Below, piece after piece: positions 50,761 to 64,000 of a DNA stretch of 64,000 nt (the stretch's first letter is position 1; every line of letters starts with the position of its first letter). Source of the DNA: Octopus bimaculoides. Its lineage: Eukaryota. The notes under the pieces were generated by a model. The model was not told the DNA's origin, did not search any database, and saw only the letters and a list, made by a program, of their open reading frames with translations. The position numbers were made by a program, and so were the translations under genes. The stretch is from the NCBI RefSeq assembly GCF_001194135.2, contig NC_068981.1:93602367-93666366 (forward strand), written 5' to 3'.

Positions 50761-52599
50761 GTTTCGAACAAAGTACTTTAAAAATAGGTCGGTAGATTGG
50801 GAAATGGGTTCAACTACTAAATAAGCTATGTTGTAGTATGTATTCGGCTTGTTAGACTGGTCGTTTCCCCTGATAAAGTAAAGGGCTTGTCAACTATTCT
50901 TTTATAGTCGACAAATTTTAGGTCCTAACATTTCTGGCTTTGTGCTTACGTAAGAAATTTTTATTTCTGTAAAATCCTTAGCTTATGAGAACACAGGTTC
51001 CAGAAGTAGATTATTGTGGTCGAAAGATTCAGAAACATTTCAGTAAATGTTATATTCTATAGCATCTTTTACAAAATGTAAGCCAACATAAAACCGCTTA
51101 AACATAATAATGTCTAGAAAGTGATATTTTAAAAATACGATTTACAAGGTACATACACACCACAAAATCTTTCACTGTTTTCTGACAAAATACATTTTGT
51201 TATGAAATACACTAATAGGTAGGCATTAAAGTAGCTGGTGTCTTCTTGTATTAAGGCATACTATCGAAAATCAGAACACAGAATTTAACGCTTTGAATTT
51301 CTTGAATTTAATTACTTGCAGTTGTTGAACAAGATTAGCAGCAGAATGTCACTTGAATAATTTTTACAAGCTTATTCGGATTTACCAATATCATTTCAGG
51401 AATTATTTATGTAGTACTCCATTTTGTACATCAACAAAATCTTTTACTGTTTATTGTTGCCAGTGAGCGAAGATTATATCTTTTAACGTAGCTAATACAT
51501 TATTGGTGAGAAGCTAGTTACAATTTGATTTTTTTCTTTTGATTTTGGTGGATGTGGGGAAAGTTTGTTGCACCAAACTTCCACTGCTTTTAGTGCGCAA
51601 TGTGTATTTGGTAAATGCATTTTTCCACATCTATTGAAAGAATATTTGTGTGTATTTTTGGAGTAGAATAGCGTGAGAGAGTGAGAGAAAGACAAAGAGA
51701 AAATTGAATGGCGTGTTGAACAAATAATTTCAAAATCAGAACTTCTCAAATACATAACACCTTTTGCATTTACGGCACCACAGTTTTTTTGCTTTTAATA
51801 TAAACTTGCTTCTATTTCTGGTCTTATTTTAACATACACACAACTACACACATATATAACATGTATATACGTATATGGTAACACTTATTAGTTAACATTA
51901 TTGTTGTCGACATCTCACACACATGCGCGAGTGAGTCTCAACTGTAAGTGGAGGCTATCTTTGAAATATGTGATATCTTCAGAATGCAGATTGCTTTGTT
52001 ATCGTGCATAACAAGACATAAGAACAATGTAAAATGCATAGCATACAGGGAAATCTTTTTCTATAAGAGTCTCACAACAACACTATGACAACAATCTGTG
52101 ACATATTAGTGAATATAGCTAGTGTTTCAGAAATTTGCTTTGTACCTACGTAGTTTCGAGTTCGATACCACTGCGGTGCATAATGAACAAGATTTCGATG
52201 TTATTGATACTTGATCAAACCTTTGTTAGGAAAACTTAGAAGTTAGAAACTCCAGTAATCCTTATTTCCACGACAGATTTAATCGTCACCTGGTTTAATA
52301 CCACTAATTGGTCCTTAATTGCTTTATAGGGTTCCTACGTGTTGAAATCATTCAATCCGAGCTTCCAGTCAAAGAAAAAGTTTATCCTTCTTCTCGCCAG
52401 CCTTGGAAACCATGCAAGTATATTTTGTGTTGTCTTTCCTTTTCCGAAGAAGCCATTAATAAATACTACCTTTAAATATGCAAATGGAATTATTCATATA
52501 TTTTTGTTAAAACAAAAAAGACGAAAGGAAAAATACCTTGTAACAAGAATTTCATTAACAACAAATAATAGGAGGAAGAGGGAAGGATGGTTTAGGTAG

Positions 52600-53330
52600 T
52601 ATGTGAATGGTAACCTTTGTATTAGTTTGTATGAAGGCTATAGAGATAATGAAAATGCGAATGGCCATTATTTGAGGGAAATTTGCTGACTGGTTCACTG
52701 GTTGAGGCAGATTAGTAAGGTATGTAGAAAGAGATGAGAGTAGATGGGGATAGAGTGGGGTGAGTAGGTGGTCAAAATAGTAGTTGTTAGTGGGACAAAT
52801 GAATTGGGTTGATATTAGAAGGGGTGTTATTGTGTGGAAAGGTGTGTGGACTTGAATAGAGGGGTAGAGGTAGATTGGTTAGCTTTCAAGGGAGTGGAGT
52901 AGTGTTAAGTACTTTTTAAAAGTGGGGAGAGTATGGAGGCTAAGAGGGAAGTGGGAAGTAGTAGAATTGAAGACTTTGGAAGAAACTGGAAATGTGTGTA
53001 TGAAAAAGAAGAGATGGGTAGTATCTTATAAGTAGTTGGTTGCTAGGCTTACTTTGTCTTAGTTTAAGGTTATTTGGAGTATGGATTCTTAAGTTATGGG
53101 ATTACATAGAGTTAACAAAGTGCGGGAAAGATGATTAGTACCAGTGTTTGCAAGAATAAATAACACCAAAGAATCAATTAAGTAATGAGGAGTTATTAAG
53201 GCGAAGTATGGTTAATATCAAAATATTCCATATACCCTGTCCTTGTCCATAGGAAGCGAAGCTTCTCCATACAAAGTAAATATCGGCAAGTGTAAGTTAC
53301 GTCTAAAAGAGTCATTAACCATTCTTCGCC
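52600..53330 (-). mobile_element. Highly decayed PLE reverse-transcriptase region (tentative)
   Basis: Minus strand is pyrimidine-rich like 33516-34400. Collinear fragments LADIYFVWR, LRIHTPNN (cf. LPKIHKPNN) and PLYSSPH (cf. SLYTxIPH). Confidence 0.4.
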
Positions 53331-53633
53331 TTCATAACTTCTCATTATTTAATAGATTCTCTGATATTTTTTGTATATCGACTTGCCTAACATGCTTATC
53401 CTTACATCTACTCCTCTGCCTGCTCAACATAACATTTCATCAAAAATTAATCGATAGAAAGAGTAGCCGACTTTTTAAAATAGGTACTCGATTCGATTTG
53501 TTCAACAAAGCTCTTCAAGGCGATGTCCAATTATGGCTGCAGTTCATGCTGCAAGATGTATTTGCGGGAGAAAATTATATTTCTTGTGTATTCTTCCAAA
53601 CTATATGAATTGTTTTGCTAACATAACTGCCAT

Positions 53634-53844
53634 CTTTATCTTTTACTTGTTTCAGTCAATAGACTATGGCCATACTGAAGCATCATCTTGAATATTTTTG
53701 GCAAATGATTTTACTCCAGGACTTACTTTTAAACCTGGTACTTATTCTATCGGTCTCTTTTGCCGAACTGCTAAGTTACGGGGACATAAACACACCAGCA
53801 TCGGTTGCCAATCGGTAGCGGGACAGTGCATGCGCAAACACACT

Positions 53845-53913
<69 letters not shown>

Positions 53914-54077
53914 GTCCTGCTTCTTTCAGTTTCCCTCTGCCAAATCCACTCACAAGGCTTTGGTTGGTCCGAGGCTATGGTAGAAGACACTTGCCCAAGG
54001 TGCCGTAAAGTGGAACTGAACCAGGAACCATGTGGTTTGGAAGCAAGCTTCTTACCACACAACCGCGTCAGCGTCTA
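53634..54077 (-). mobile_element. SINE family A with internal (CA)n(TA)n
   Basis: Both halves are recognisable. Confidence 0.9.
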
Positions 54078-54377
54078 TTGTTATTACTCTTTTTTATGAC
54101 TATTATTATTATCATTATTATTTATTGTTATTTCGGGATGTATAGTGTCTTAGTTGCCATGTTTGAGATTTTGACAGTATAAAAAACAAAATCTTTCTCT
54201 CGAATCTTTTTTATTTTGTAAAACAAGGGGGGAAAAATGCCATTAATAAAAGCTTAACTCGCTAAGAAAACAGCTCACGCAAAAAATATCCGTTCAGCTT
54301 ACAACATAATCCGATGAATATTTTGAAATTGCACGGACAATATATGCCATATCTTGTCGAGGCAGAAACAACAATAC

Positions 54378-54410
<33 letters not shown>

Positions 54411-54433
54411 CATCATCATCATCATTATCATAT

Positions 54434-54476
<43 letters not shown>

Positions 54477-55053
54477 GTCACAGTTACAATTGTGGCTCTA
54501 AAAATACTTAGAAACAAGCAAAGAGATTAAACTGATTAGTGTATGAAGAGAATACGAAGAAATTGTTTAATTATCTTTATATATAGGGAAACTATAGCCC
54601 ATATCCTGTTAATGAAGCCAATAAGAAAACTTGCACGAAATCCGGTATATGATAAAACGCTAAGTATCGTAATCTAAAAAAATCATGCCTAACCTGTCCG
54701 ATAAAGAATCCATGTACATCGTCCATATACCATAATTAAAAGCAGAAATATGAATCTATATACTCTGATAAGCATCTCGATTGCTTCTGATCGGAAACCC
54801 ACTTAAAAGAAATAATTGTGGATTTAATTCAAAAAGATTCCGAGCTAGTAACCCCGATTATCAAGTATTCTGGATTAAAAAATATCTTCACGATTATACG
54901 GCTACACTTTATGTTTTTGACTAAGTGTAATTCTTGTGTCAGCTGCCCTAAGAAATCTTAACATAACTGAGGACAAAAATAAAATTAGTCATTCTTAAAT
55001 ATAACACACCGACACAGACACACTCAGACATATACTCATATATACATACTATA

Positions 55054-55085
<32 letters not shown>

Positions 55086-55090
55086 TGTGT

Positions 55091-55143
<53 letters not shown>

Positions 55144-56672
55144 CGCGTTTGCTTATATGTATATCTTTTATCTTTTTATCTTTAATGTTTTACTNNNNNN
55201 NNNNNNNNNNNNNNNNNNNNNNNNNNNNNNNNNNNNNNNNNNNNNNNNNNNNNNNNNNNNNNNNNNNNNNNNNNNNNNNNNNNNNNNNNNNNNNNNNNNN
55301 NNNNNNNNNNNNNNNNNNNNNNNNNNNNNNNNNNNNNNNNNNNNNNNNNNNNNNNNNNNNNNNNNNNNNNNNNNNNNNNNNNNNNNNNNNNNNNNNNNNN
55401 NNNNNNNNNNNNNNNNNNNNNNNNNNNNNNNNNNNNNNNNNNNNNNNNNNNNNNNNNNNNNNNNNNNNNNNNNNNNNNNNNNNNNNNNNNNNNNNNNNNN
55501 NNNNNNNNNNNNNNNNNNNNNNNNNNNNNNNNNNNNNNNNNNNNNNNNNNNNNNNNNNNNNNNNNNNNNNNNNNNNNNNNNNNNNNNNNNNNNNNNNNNN
55601 NNNNNNNNNNNNNNNNNNNNNNNNNNNNNNNNNNNNNNNNNNNNNNNNNNNNNNNNNNNNNNNNNNNNNNNNNNNNNNNNNNNNNNNNNNNNNNNNNNNN
55701 NNNNNNNNNNNNNNNNNNNNNNNNNNNNNNNNNNNNNNNNNNNNNNNNNNNNNNNNNNNNNNNNNNNNNNNNNNNNNNNNNNNNNNNNNNNNNNNNNNNN
55801 NNNNNNNNNNNNNNNNNNNNNNNNNNNNNNNNNNNNNNNNNNNNNNNNNNNNNNNNNNNNNNNNNNNNNNNNNNNNNNNNNNNNNNNNNNNNNNNNNNNN
55901 NNNNNNNNNNNNNNNNNNNNNNNNNNNNNNNNNNNNNNNNNNNNNNNNNNNNNNNNNNNNNNNNNNNNNNNNNNNNNNNNNNNNNNNNNNNNNNNNNNNN
56001 NNNNNNNNNNNNNNNNNNNNNNNNNNNNNNNNNNNNNNNNNNNNNNNNNNNATATATATGCATACATACATGCATATATACATACATATATTTAAGTATT
56101 TTTAAAAGCACCGGTAAATAAATACAATATAATAAGAAAAAATTTTTACGTAAATTACGCAGATTTTATCACTAGAGCGCAAATAGTAGTTGTTTTTACA
56201 AAACTGCGAAAATGAGCATTTTAGCCTCCGGTTTTATCTAATTTTACTATTTTGGTGTTCCTATTTACAACTTTATCAGTACATATCAAAATACATAGTG
56301 CCTCCACGAAACATAGTTTGCGAACTCTTGAAAATCTATTATATGGGTATGCATTTTTTTATTACCGTCCATGCATTTTTCCTTCCTTGAGTTTCCAAAC
56401 ACGACCAGCGAGTGATGTGCAGTGATTCTTGTTAATCTTTTTAAACGCTGCAATGTTGTTCCGATATTTGTGTTGGAAGCAATCGCCGATTGCACTGATA
56501 TATATAAATGCATCCCCTAGCGTTCTAACTCTACGTTTGTATAATGCACAATGTCTCACAAATGTACTACGAATCTAAAACTATGCCAAAACAATTGTAG
56601 TGATTTTAAACAATGAACGTTGTTTATTTCATTTTTTATCAGTTGTCTGTCAATCAGTATATATTATTATTA

Positions 56673-56730
<58 letters not shown>

Positions 56731-57468
56731 CATTATCAGACCTTGCGCTTTTGCTTTGGAAAATAACCATAGCGAGGGACATTCCACAGTTGAATTAGAA
56801 CAGTCACAAACAGTGAAAGAAGACATGCACCCAACACCAGAGCTGAAGACACCTCCGAAAGGGGGTGGCCCCGCCACGTCAAAACGGTAGAGGTGTAGGG
56901 GCCGAAACCGGACGTGGTTCCTCCTGATGATGTCTTGAGCTAACTGGATCCTATAAAGGAGCTGTTTTGGTAGCAGACCACGAAACATGGTTGAAATTCC
57001 TTCCTTTGTACAAGTTGACTCCAACCTCAAGAGACAAGTTAGAAGTTCAAGTTGGTTTTATGACTAGGTTGCAATATTTTTGGTTTTGCAGATCATTACT
57101 CTAGAGAGAATGTCAGTCAAAGCATAAGAAAATTAGAAGTTTGTATTAAAAGTAATTTGATAATAAGATGATAGTGTGATCTTAAGATGACAGTAAAATG
57201 TGCCGAACGTACTTTTGAACGTACATAATTATGTGCATGTTTTTGGAATTATATAGACAATATTTTTCGGAGGATATGAGCAGTTTCCATGTGCACAATT
57301 TTTTGAACTATTATTATTATTCTTATTATAATCAACAATATACAAGTATGCACGATACATTACCAGCGAACTTTGGTCTCAGTTATCGTTCCTTCATATA
57401 GTTCCTATGTCCTACTGCGTTACACATTCGGCTCGAAGTCAACGTTTTATCCTCTCCTCAGATATGAT

Positions 57469-57550
<82 letters not shown>

Positions 57551-58287
57551 CAGCAATACACAAGTCAGAAATGAACATGAGCAAGTTGGACACAGCATGA
57601 GGCTAATTCGACCAAACCAGTCAATAAATTTCTACATAATTCATGATACATGTTTCAGTATGTAAAGTGTATGCCATAAAAGGGATACAAAATGAAACAA
57701 GAGAAAATCTACTTTCCCGTATAATAGTTTCTTTTAATTCGGGTTTATGCATGAGATCGCAGAGTGTACGTGAAAGCGGAGACAGGAACTATGTAATATA
57801 TATAATACGTTTGCTGAAAGTTCTAGAATATCACCGGAAAAAGCTACACAATCCTTTTCCAAAAGTTTTCTTGCTAAATGATCCAAGAAATTAAATAAGT
57901 TGAATTCCTATAAAATTGTATGTGACTACACGTGTGAAATAAATATAAGTTTATGCGCACATAACAACTATTATGCAAATTCTTAGGCATTGTAATGTTT
58001 GCGGTTCATCGTGAATGATTGGTTGCAGACAAATTGCTTTTTAAATTTCTACCAACATTCGTGGGATTTAATTGAAAGTAAGCTACGAATATAGACTGTT
58101 ATATATATTCACAGGGACACCTGTACACACAGATACACGCACACAGACACATACCTACCTACCTACCTACCTACCTACCTACATACATACATACATACAT
58201 ACATACATACATACATACATACTTACATACATACACGCAAACACACACACACACGCCTATGTATATATAAATATATGTATGTATGTA

Positions 58288-58645
58288 TTATTTCAGTCAT
58301 GTGACTGCAGCCAAGCTGGAGCACAACCTTCAAGGATTTAGTCGAACAAATCGACTCCGTACTTTAAAGATTGATACTTATTCTATGAGTCTCTTTGCCG
58401 AGGGGAGGTAATCAAACCAACATTGTTTATCAAGAAGGCTGGAGGACAAAGGCAAACACATAAATGTATATGCATATATTCAATAGGCTACTTTCAGTTT
58501 ACATCTACCAAATCCACTCGATATTGGTCTGGTTGGCCTAGCAATAGAGTGAAAGAAACTTTTCCAAGAGGTCAAGCCGTGAAACTTAACCTTACACCTT
58601 GTTGTTTAGAAGCAAACTCCCTACACACGGACTGGCCTGGGCCTA
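58288..58645 (-). mobile_element. Diverged SINE family A
   Basis: TTTCAGTCATGTGACTGCAGCCAAGCTGGAGCAC..CTTTCAGTTTACATCTACCAAATCCACTC. Confidence 0.75.
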
Positions 58646-58702
58646 TACATAAATGTATGTATGTATAGACAGAGAGAGAGACAGGCAGACAGACAGACAG
58701 AC

Positions 58703-58812
<110 letters not shown>

Positions 58813-59409
58813 ATTGAATATGGTACTATATATAATATGGTATTATTTTTCTCTGCCTGAAGAATTTCTTATAAGAAATTCCATAAATGTCTATCAGGTA
58901 AAATTTTTCAAGCTAAAATNNNNNNNNNNNNNNNNNNNNNNNNNNNNNNNNNNNNNNNNNNNNNNNNNNNNNNNNNNNNNNNNNNNNNNNNNNNNNNNNN
59001 NNNNNNNNNNNNNNNNNNNNNNNNNNNNNNNNNNNNNNNNNNNNNNNNNNNNNNNNNNNNNNNNNNNNNNNNNNNNNNNNNNNNNNNNNNNNNNNNNNNN
59101 NNNNNNNNNNNNNNNNNNNNNNNNNNNNNNNNNNNNNNNNNNNNNNNNNNNNNNNNNNNNNNNNNNNNNNNNNNNNNNNNNNNNNNNNNNNNNNNNNNNN
59201 NNNNNNNNNNNNNNNNNNNNNNNNNNNNNNNNNNNNNNNNNNNNNNNNNNNNNNNNNNNNNNNNNNNNNNNNNNNNNNNNNNNNNNNNNNNNNNNNNNNN
59301 NNNNNNNNNNNNNNNNNNNNNNNNNNNNNNNNNNNNNNNNNNNNNNNNNNNNNNNNNNNNNNNNNNNNNNNNNNNNNNNNNNNNNNNNNNNNNNNNNNNN
59401 NNNNNNNNN

Positions 59410-59461
<52 letters not shown>

Positions 59462-60024
59462 GCATATATGAGAGCTACCATAAGTTTCATGTTCGGATTG
59501 TACCGCAATCGAGCGATCATTCATAGCGTGCTGTGTACTATCCTGCAATCCCTGACTGACTACACGACACGTCATACAAGATCGACCGATTAAGTACTAT
59601 CCGAGCTCGAAGCTCACATTTAAATCTGTATTTATTAAATGGTGTCTACCTCTCGCTCTATGGAGTACTTTTGTTGTAAATCCCACTAATAATGGAACAG
59701 CACACTATATGTGTGTGCGATATGATATAATATGATTTATCCATAACAATTTTAATTTTCATGTACCTATGTAGTATTAATAACTAATAACTTATGTGTA
59801 AGTAGTGTGGTTATATTCAACTAGCATTGATGAAGATAATTGATTTGACTTCCTTTCGTATTTTGACTGCTAAAACTGTCATTACTTATTCGTTTCTACG
59901 CGTATATACAGAAGTATAATTACCTATATCATTCGGAGCCTACTTGCTCTGGACACACTCTAGGAAGAAGACATTAAAATTACACTCGAAATAAATTCCT
60001 GATTCAAAATGTAATTTTGTGTTC

Positions 60025-60078
<54 letters not shown>

Positions 60079-60914
60079 ATCGCACTCACACATACACACA
60101 CGCTAATAAATATTGTTTTTTTTTTATTGCAGTTTTCTTACTTTCTAATCTCTGACAGTTTCTTGCTTCTATGGACACATGAGATAATTTATTACATGAA
60201 ATATAAATACCAATAAAGTACTTATATTTCAAGTATATGTTTCAAGTATAAATATAGGCCTTGTGCCTATAGTATAAAGGATATTATTTTGTACGTCATA
60301 TTCTACGGTGTGACTTCTCGTAACATAGAAAATCAATGTGCTCTTCATACACCACCTAATCTTTTCTTTATTTTAACCTAATACCGTAAGCTAACGAAAC
60401 ACATGTTAATTACACCGAGGCTGCTTCGTTCCGAGAATTTTTCTCTCTCTTTTTGCGATAGTAATTTTTTTACAGTTAAGAATCTGTGCCGTGCAGTTTT
60501 GTGTATCTAGGCTATAAAACAGACCAGTATCGTGGATAAGATAACGTTACTATGACTTCGCCAAGAACTAGAGTTGGTTGGGTGTTAGATGTAGTGTCAA
60601 TTAACAGTTTATCTCCAGAGTCAAGTTCTGTGTTTTTCTTTTATTCTGATGTCAACTAATGATAAATATGTGTAGTTAATTAATGAAATGCTTTTCAGAT
60701 AATGTCCACCTTCGAGATTATTGACCTCATCATTCAAGCATATTTGTTCTATTCTACGTTTCCATAAGTTCAAATTCTCCAATCTTCATTTGCTTTATCG
60801 CATAAATGTATTTCCAGAGTGGGATTAAAGTCAGTGCCTTGACTTGTAATGGCGGAATTTGACCGCAGAACTATGGAACGGAGTATTAAAGTGTTAATAT
60901 TAAAGGAAATCTAT

Positions 60915-61135
60915 GAGACGGAGAGCTTGTAGAATCGTTAGCACGCCGGGGAAAATGCTTGACGGCATTTTGGTCCGTCTTCACGTTCTGAATTCAAATT
61001 CCACCGAGGTTTCCAGTGTCTTTCATCCTTTCTGAGGTCAATAAAGTACCAGTTGAACACTGGGATTGATGTAATCGATTTATCCCCGCCTCCAAATTTT
61101 CTGGCCTTGTGCCAAAATTCGGAACAAGGCTAGAA
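60915..61135 (+). mobile_element. SINE family B, near full length
   Basis: GACGGAGAGCTTGTAGAATCGTTAGCACGCCGGG..GAATTCAAATTCC..AAGTACCAGTTG..CCTTGTGCCAAAATT. Confidence 0.8.
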
Positions 61136-62311
61136 ACAATGGGGATTGGGTATAAAGACTATCAGACATTGTAGTAATAAAGGACAAAGTTAAATGAAAA
61201 TAGAATCTGATATTCCGGACTTTGAAATTATTGATTATTGCAATAAAATAAAAGAAATTCCTTAGATATTTGAACTTCTACCTTCTAAAACATCAACATT
61301 ATAATGCTTTCATAGGTTTTGAACGATTGTTGTTTACACCATTTTTAACGCACACATCCAACTGCATTTGTAATCATAATACAGGACATTTAATTTGAAT
61401 TCTATCAGTCTTTGAATTTTTATGAATTATCCAAATGTCACCATCACGATTGATTCAAAGAAAACCAAATGAAAAACAAAAGCATTATTTCTAAATTCTA
61501 GACTGATTATGTAATTATATGTGCCCAGAAACACAATCATGGTCTTTTCGTTGTACCGACAATTCTTTGAAGAATGAAGGAAATTCGCATAAAATGAAGG
61601 AAAACAATAACACAGTTATCATAAATGTATCATTCAATATACGTCCTTTCGCTGGAAGCAGACAAGTGTATGGCATTCCTGTGTATCATTGAACAGAAGG
61701 AATATCCTCGTAAATGAAATATAATTTAATTGTTAGTTCGCTATTGTTGTTAGAAATCGTAGATGAGAGCAAGTTGAAAAGGCAGAAATGGACACATGAA
61801 AAATCAAAACATTTAGTTTCGTCTGTGTACTTGTTCCTATCTCATCAATGACAACTTTGCTTTCATAGCCTCTAATTTAGGAGAACAGAGACCCATCATG
61901 AACTGGGATCAAATCGAGCAATGGTGCCTATGTTCTACATATTTTTTAACATTATATTAATATAAAGTGTTATTAAGTTTGTTGTTAATTGGTGTTGGAT
62001 GTACGTCATTGCAGTGACAGTAAAATCCTTGGAAAAGAAAAAGCGATGTGATATAAACTGAAGGGTGAAACCATTTTATTTTCATTTGTACCAAAAATAC
62101 TCACTGAATAAATATGAACAACACAACTTCTACCTATTTCTACCTTCACTACAATTCAGGTAATGATTAATTTGCTATTGCTGCTCTTACGGTTGTTGTT
62201 ATTGTTTACTTCAAGGCGATTCCTTCTTGAGCAGACTTATTATCAAAAGCGTTCCTGTCGCAACCATCCTCTTTTTTCTCATAATTTATTCAGGTGTAGA
62301 TTATACTATAC

Positions 62312-62815
62312 TTTTTTTTTTTACTTGTTTCAGTCATTTGACTGCAGCCATGCTGGAGCACCGCCTTTAGTCGAGCAAATTGACCCCGGGACTTATTCTT
62401 TGTAAGCCTAGTACTTATTCTATCGGTCTCTTTTGCCGAACTGCTAATGGACGGGAACATAAACACACCACCATCGGTTGTNNNNNNNNNNNNNNNNNNN
62501 NNNNNNNNNNNNNNNNNNNNNNNNNNNNNNNNNNNNNNNNNNNNNNNNNNNNNNNNNNNNNNNNNNNNNNNNNNNNNNNNNNNNNNNNNNNNNNNATATA
62601 TATATATATATATATATACATATATACGACGGGCTTCTTTCGGTTTCCGTCTACCAAATCCACTCACAAGGCTTTGGTCAGCCCGAGGCTATAGTAGAAG
62701 ACACTTGCCCAAGATGCCACGCAGTGGGACTGAACTCGGAGCCATGTGGTTGGTAAGCAAGCTACTTACCATACAGCAACTCCTGCAACTATATACAACC
62801 ACTCCTGCGCCTATA
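62312..62815 (-). mobile_element. SINE family A (well conserved), internal gap, short duplication at 5' end
   Basis: Close match to 10453-10995; CAGCAACTCCTGCAACTATA followed by CAACCACTCCTGCGCCTATA. Confidence 0.9.
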
Positions 62816-63384
62816 AATCTATGTTTATGATTTGATGGAAACTTGGTTGTTATTTCCTAGACGTTGACTAACCACGTAAGAGTATTCACCTTAGCTCGTT
62901 ATTATTCACTTGACATGGTGCCAGACAACTTGTTTTATTATATGTAGTTTCGCTGATTCTGGAACCTCAGGGAGAAATTCTGACAGCCAACATACAATCA
63001 GAGTTGATGCGAAAAGTAAAAGTAATACAAAATTAATATGTCCCTTCTTTAAATATAATGAGTAGATATTATTAAGTAGACCTAATTTGCTTTATGCCAA
63101 ATTACAAATTTGGCTTTGATTTGTGATCGTTGCATCACTGACAGCCTGAAGAAGGCTATAATTAAAATATTTTACTTTTCAGACTCCCTAAAATGCTTAT
63201 GGGAAAAATACCAATAATTATTCTAGTTGCAGCTTTTATTGATGGTGTTGTTCTTCATAGAAATGTTACCGTGTCTTTTTTAATGATGAGATAAATGTCC
63301 TGATTGATAGTGTTCTTACTATTGTTGCAAAGAAGTTTGTTGACTACAAATATATTTCACGAGATGCATATTTTAAATAATTTC

Positions 63385-63865
63385 ATAATTGCGGTATTGC
63401 AAAGAAGATCTATTGCACGGCACTGGATATTTTAGTTCGTATTCCCCCAATATGTTTAGAATTCATGTGGATATCAATGTTATCTACAGAGTTGTAATGT
63501 TTTCTACTATAAATCTCATTAAACCGACAATGGAATATTACACCCACATTTGGAGCGATGTTGATGCTAAAAACAGAGACATCCAAAAATAGATAGATAG
63601 CTCGACTAATTAGCATGAAGTTGATTTCCGATACACTCCTGCCTCTGGCCACAGACATGCTGTCTCTCACTCGCAACTACAGTGTCCTCTGTTTCTCAGC
63701 GTTAGTCGGTCTTATGCCATTTTTCTCCTGATTTCTTTGCCAGTAATCGTTGCACAGACATCTATATCCTGTTCTTCTCCGCCATAACTTCTTTCCTCTG
63801 CAATTTCTTTCCTGTCTGTTTTTTACCATCAGCAAGTAACATGCAGCTATTCAAGTCGAACACAA
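63385..63865 (+). mobile_element. Decayed 3' region of a CR1/Jockey-like LINE (RT C-terminus)
   Basis: Collinear fragments LIKPTMEYYTHIWS, DTLLPLA, LCFSALVGLMP, NFFP and NMQLFKSN match the IRPxLEYxSHIW..LSHRR..SFFP..NLxxFKS pattern. Confidence 0.6.
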
Positions 63866-64000
63866 GAATAGGATCAGCAAATTATCAGATCTGAAATATC
63901 AAACCCTAGAGAAAACAAAATCTTTAGGCTGCAGTTTCGTTAGTGATATATGAGGTGTTATCAGAAATTTCCAAACTCTACATGCAATGACATTCCTGTT

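Overview
Eukaryotic, AT-rich, repeat-dominated genomic scaffold with many N gaps and very dense di-, tri- and tetranucleotide microsatellites. The SINE repertoire and microsatellite style point to a cephalopod, probably Octopus (inference; no search was run). I found no recognisable host protein-coding exon. Almost all ORFs in the supplied track are microsatellite or N-gap artefacts. Supportable content: several tRNA-derived SINE families; a full-length but decayed Tc1 element (35929-37206); an internally deleted mariner relic; hAT (Buster-like) MITEs; three R4/Dong-type restriction-like-endonuclease (RLE) LINE fragments embedded in (TAA)n tracts; RTE, CR1/Jockey-like and APE-LINE relics; and Penelope-like element (PLE) pieces, including a GIY-YIG domain. 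Most notable are several minimal hammerhead-ribozyme (HHR)-like motifs with palindromic helix III in PLE-type terminal repeats. One of these lies inside a short element with a tRNA-derived Pol III head and a perfect 30-bp inverted terminus (17374-17670), a candidate SINE/hammerhead hybrid. Two different hAT MITEs also share one 8-bp target site (three copies of GTCTACAT). All calls come from manual reading and translation.
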